Of a DNA stretch of 64,000 bases, positions 61,692 through 64,000 are shown one piece after another. Position 1 is the stretch's first letter, and each line of letters begins with the position of its first letter. The notes beneath the pieces are model-generated. The model had not been told where the DNA came from, searched no databases, and was given only the letters and a program-made list of their open reading frames with translations. The position numbers were made by a program, and so were the translations under genes. Location: NCBI GenBank assembly GCA_003971905.1, contig RSEE01000020.1, forward strand, positions 434,001-498,000, written 5' to 3'. Origin of the DNA: Moniliella sp. 'wahieum'. Lineage: Eukaryota.

Positions 61692-61949
61692 GGATTGGAG
61701 ATTGATGACATGGACACGTCATGCATCTCGTGGGACAGAAAGTGCCAGCGAACCAACCGAGCACGGCTCGGTCAAGGTGGCTGGTGGCCCAGAGGCTGCG
61801 GTCCAAAAGGGTAAGAACGAGGTGGGACGACACGATGGCGCGATGACGCGATGACGCGATGCCGAGGCGAGGAAGACCAAAGAAAAAGATGCGCGCGAGG
61901 AGGAAAGAACAGGTCAGGACGGGATGCGTGCTGGTACGGGATAGAACGG

Positions 61950-61985
61950 AATGGGAATGGGAATGGGAATGGGAATGGGAATGGA
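61950..61985. repeat. Hexamer microsatellite (ATGGGA)x~6
   Basis: Read directly from the sequence. Confidence 0.85.
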
Positions 61986-61986
61986 A

Positions 61987-63755
61987 TTACCCGCCAGCCG
62001 TGCGTCCGGCGGCGGCAGAGCGGGAAGAAGGGATAGCGGCGGCGGATGGAACGCGGGCCAACCACGGGGGGAATCAACGTCCCACGTCGTCGGCACGCCC
62101 TCGGATGGGTCAAACGCTGCTTGGCCACAACTCGATTTCCACATCAACGGCGCCACATGGCCCACTCCATCCACCAGACAGAAGCGGTGGCGGAAAGGAC
62201 GCACCCCGCTGGCACGGTCTTGGCCTTGGGTGGCAGCTGAAACGAGGTAGCCGTTGGACATGCGGGCCGCGGAGGATCCCGACCCCGACCCCGAGTTTAG
62301 GGTCGACGGTAACGTGGTCGTGCCGGGCAGGACGGCATCGTCGAACGCTGCGCTGGGCGGCACATCGATCCGTAGGCTAGAGTAAAAGGGGAGTGTGGTC
62401 ACGTTGCTTGGTGATCCGGCGAGAAGGTTCTTGTACGTCCACCAGGCGTAGTTGCGATCCCTCCTATCGTCCCCGCCTTGCGCCTCTACCTCGCACGTAT
62501 AATCCCCAATGGGGAATTGAGCGCGTGTATCTTGGTTTCCTTGCAGTTGCACCACGTCCCGCTCAATGTATTGTCTGTTGAATGCAAGTGGTGCGTCAGT
62601 ACTCAGCACTCAATCCTCAATCTCGGTACTCGGTACTCAGTGGGGCTCGCCAGCACTGATCCAACAAGAGCATACGCACTGAAATAACTCGGGCACCGGA
62701 AGCGTCAGACGCTGGGCAGCGTACCGGTTTGGCATGGCCAATCCGTACATCCACTGATTTTGATGCGGGCAGGCCAGGTCACTGGTCCGGTTGGGACGGG
62801 CGGCGCTAAAGTAGGGGAAGCTGGGACTGTTGGCATGCACATAGCGTACCGTCACATTAGCGTGTCCGGCGGGTGCAACAGGTGGATTGGCAGCCAAGAG
62901 GGCGTATCGTGCGACCAAGGCTCCGCCGCCCGAGTGCCCAGCAACGATAATGTGGCGCAGGTTGGGATGAGCGTCGTGTTGGCCAAGAGGGATACCAGGC
63001 CATCGTGTACGTCATACGTACTACACTGTTTTCCCACCGCTACCATCTCGGACGAAGCTTGGGAAGACGTGGGCGCAACCGCATCGGCCCCGCCAACCAA
63101 TCAGTAAAGTTGTTCCATGCCAACGTCTCCGAGACATTGTACCAGTTGGAGTACGTGTGCCGCTGGCCGTTCCGCCCGCGGCACATCGCTAGGCAAGTAA
63201 AAGTTGGGCGCGACCAGCACGGTAGAACTCAGATTGAGCATGGGCGCAATCCCAGCAAACGCTCCTTGAAAGTTGCGTCCGATCCCATGCTGAATCACCA
63301 CGCCGAGCGTGGCATTGCTCGTGGCGCCGCTGGCCGGGTCGGCCCACCGGTCCGAATGCATCAGCGGCACCGTCGCACGCGTCTGACCGGGGCATGGCGC
63401 CCAGCGAAGGAACGTGGCTTGCGGAGGGGAGGGGGGAGCTGCAACGGGCCAGTACCAGACCCGTCCTGGTTCCGGTTCCGGTCCCGTAGACCCACCCCAA
63501 GGCCCACGCCTAACCCCACACCGAGACAGATCAGCAGCGCCAGCAGCAAATGATTGCGCGCCGTTTGCCTCGGCGGGAAGGGGTAGCAACACGTACACCC
63601 TCGCCCTCGCTCAAAGGGCGGTGGTAGCCCAGCCCCAACGTAGACCAGGAGGAGGGCGCGCTGGGGCGAAAGGAAGGGGGGAGAAGCTGGTTGCGGGACT
63701 CGTCCTTGCTCGGCGCATCGAGCTCGCCGAACAAGGCGGAGGACGTGCTGGCCAT
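61987..63755 (-). CDS. Type II membrane-anchored alpha/beta-hydrolase-fold protein
   Basis: Cytosolic N-tail, transmembrane segment LLLALLICLGVGLGVGLGVGL, VVIQHGIGRN, LVAPNFY, nucleophile elbow IIVAGHSGGGALVARYA (~62960-62905), RYVHANSPSFPYF, CEVEAQGG..RRDRN, VDGVGH. The 3' end is uncertain. Confidence 0.75.
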
Positions 63756-64000
63756 CGGACAAAAGGTCCTGTCGTGCCCGGCTGGGCAAAGCGGCGGGCG
63801 TCGAGGGGGTTGTCAAGGGGGTTGGCGAGGGCGGGGTCAGGGGCGGGGTCGGGCAGGCTGCGGCGCAGGGTACGGGTTTTACGGGCGAGGGTGCGGAGGC
63901 TCAGTCGCCGAGGGAAGAAGCTAGGATGGCTAGGGTTGCGTTGACGTAACGCGCAATTCCAGCTGGGCCAGAGCAGAGGACGCAGGGCGGTGGGAGAGGG

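Noticed and set aside
2430..63755. Many frameshifts in nearly all genes (mass pseudogenisation or programmed frameshifting)
   Set aside because: They hit essential genes (SEC24, DBP7) while the motifs stay intact and are mostly single-base losses. This is typical of unpolished long-read consensus.

Overview
Eukaryotic, GC-rich, gene-dense fungal DNA, most likely a basidiomycete. Introns are few and short (mostly GTACGT...CTRAC...YAG), which fits an Ustilaginomycotina-like yeast or smut, but the taxon is an inference. Almost every gene is broken by scattered single-base indels, including essential ones (SEC24, DBP7), so I treat these as uncorrected long-read errors. Gene boundaries are therefore approximate and were stitched across frames. 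About 17 protein-coding loci, in order: a hypothetical membrane protein, a secreted GMC oxidoreductase, DBP7, a peroxisomal ECH1-like isomerase, WDR59/MTC5, SEC24, a low-complexity hypothetical protein, a bacterial-type Fe-S L-serine dehydratase, a bHLH factor, a very long protein ending in an MDR domain, medium-chain acyl-CoA dehydrogenase, PIF1, carnitine acetyltransferase, a YRA1/THOC4-like RRM protein, RPS10, SFP1 and a membrane-anchored alpha/beta hydrolase. I found no tRNA, rRNA, CRISPR array or transposon ORF, and no clear-cut new multi-gene system. The most unusual signals are: (1) many unrelated 7/8/14-bp-period tandem micro-repeats and palindromic-word clusters in intergenic DNA; (2) a recurring CACGTG + TAGGGTT promoter pairing; (3) an intron-containing Fe-S serine dehydratase; (4) an apparently C-terminally truncated WDR59; (5) several in-frame, stop-free introns.
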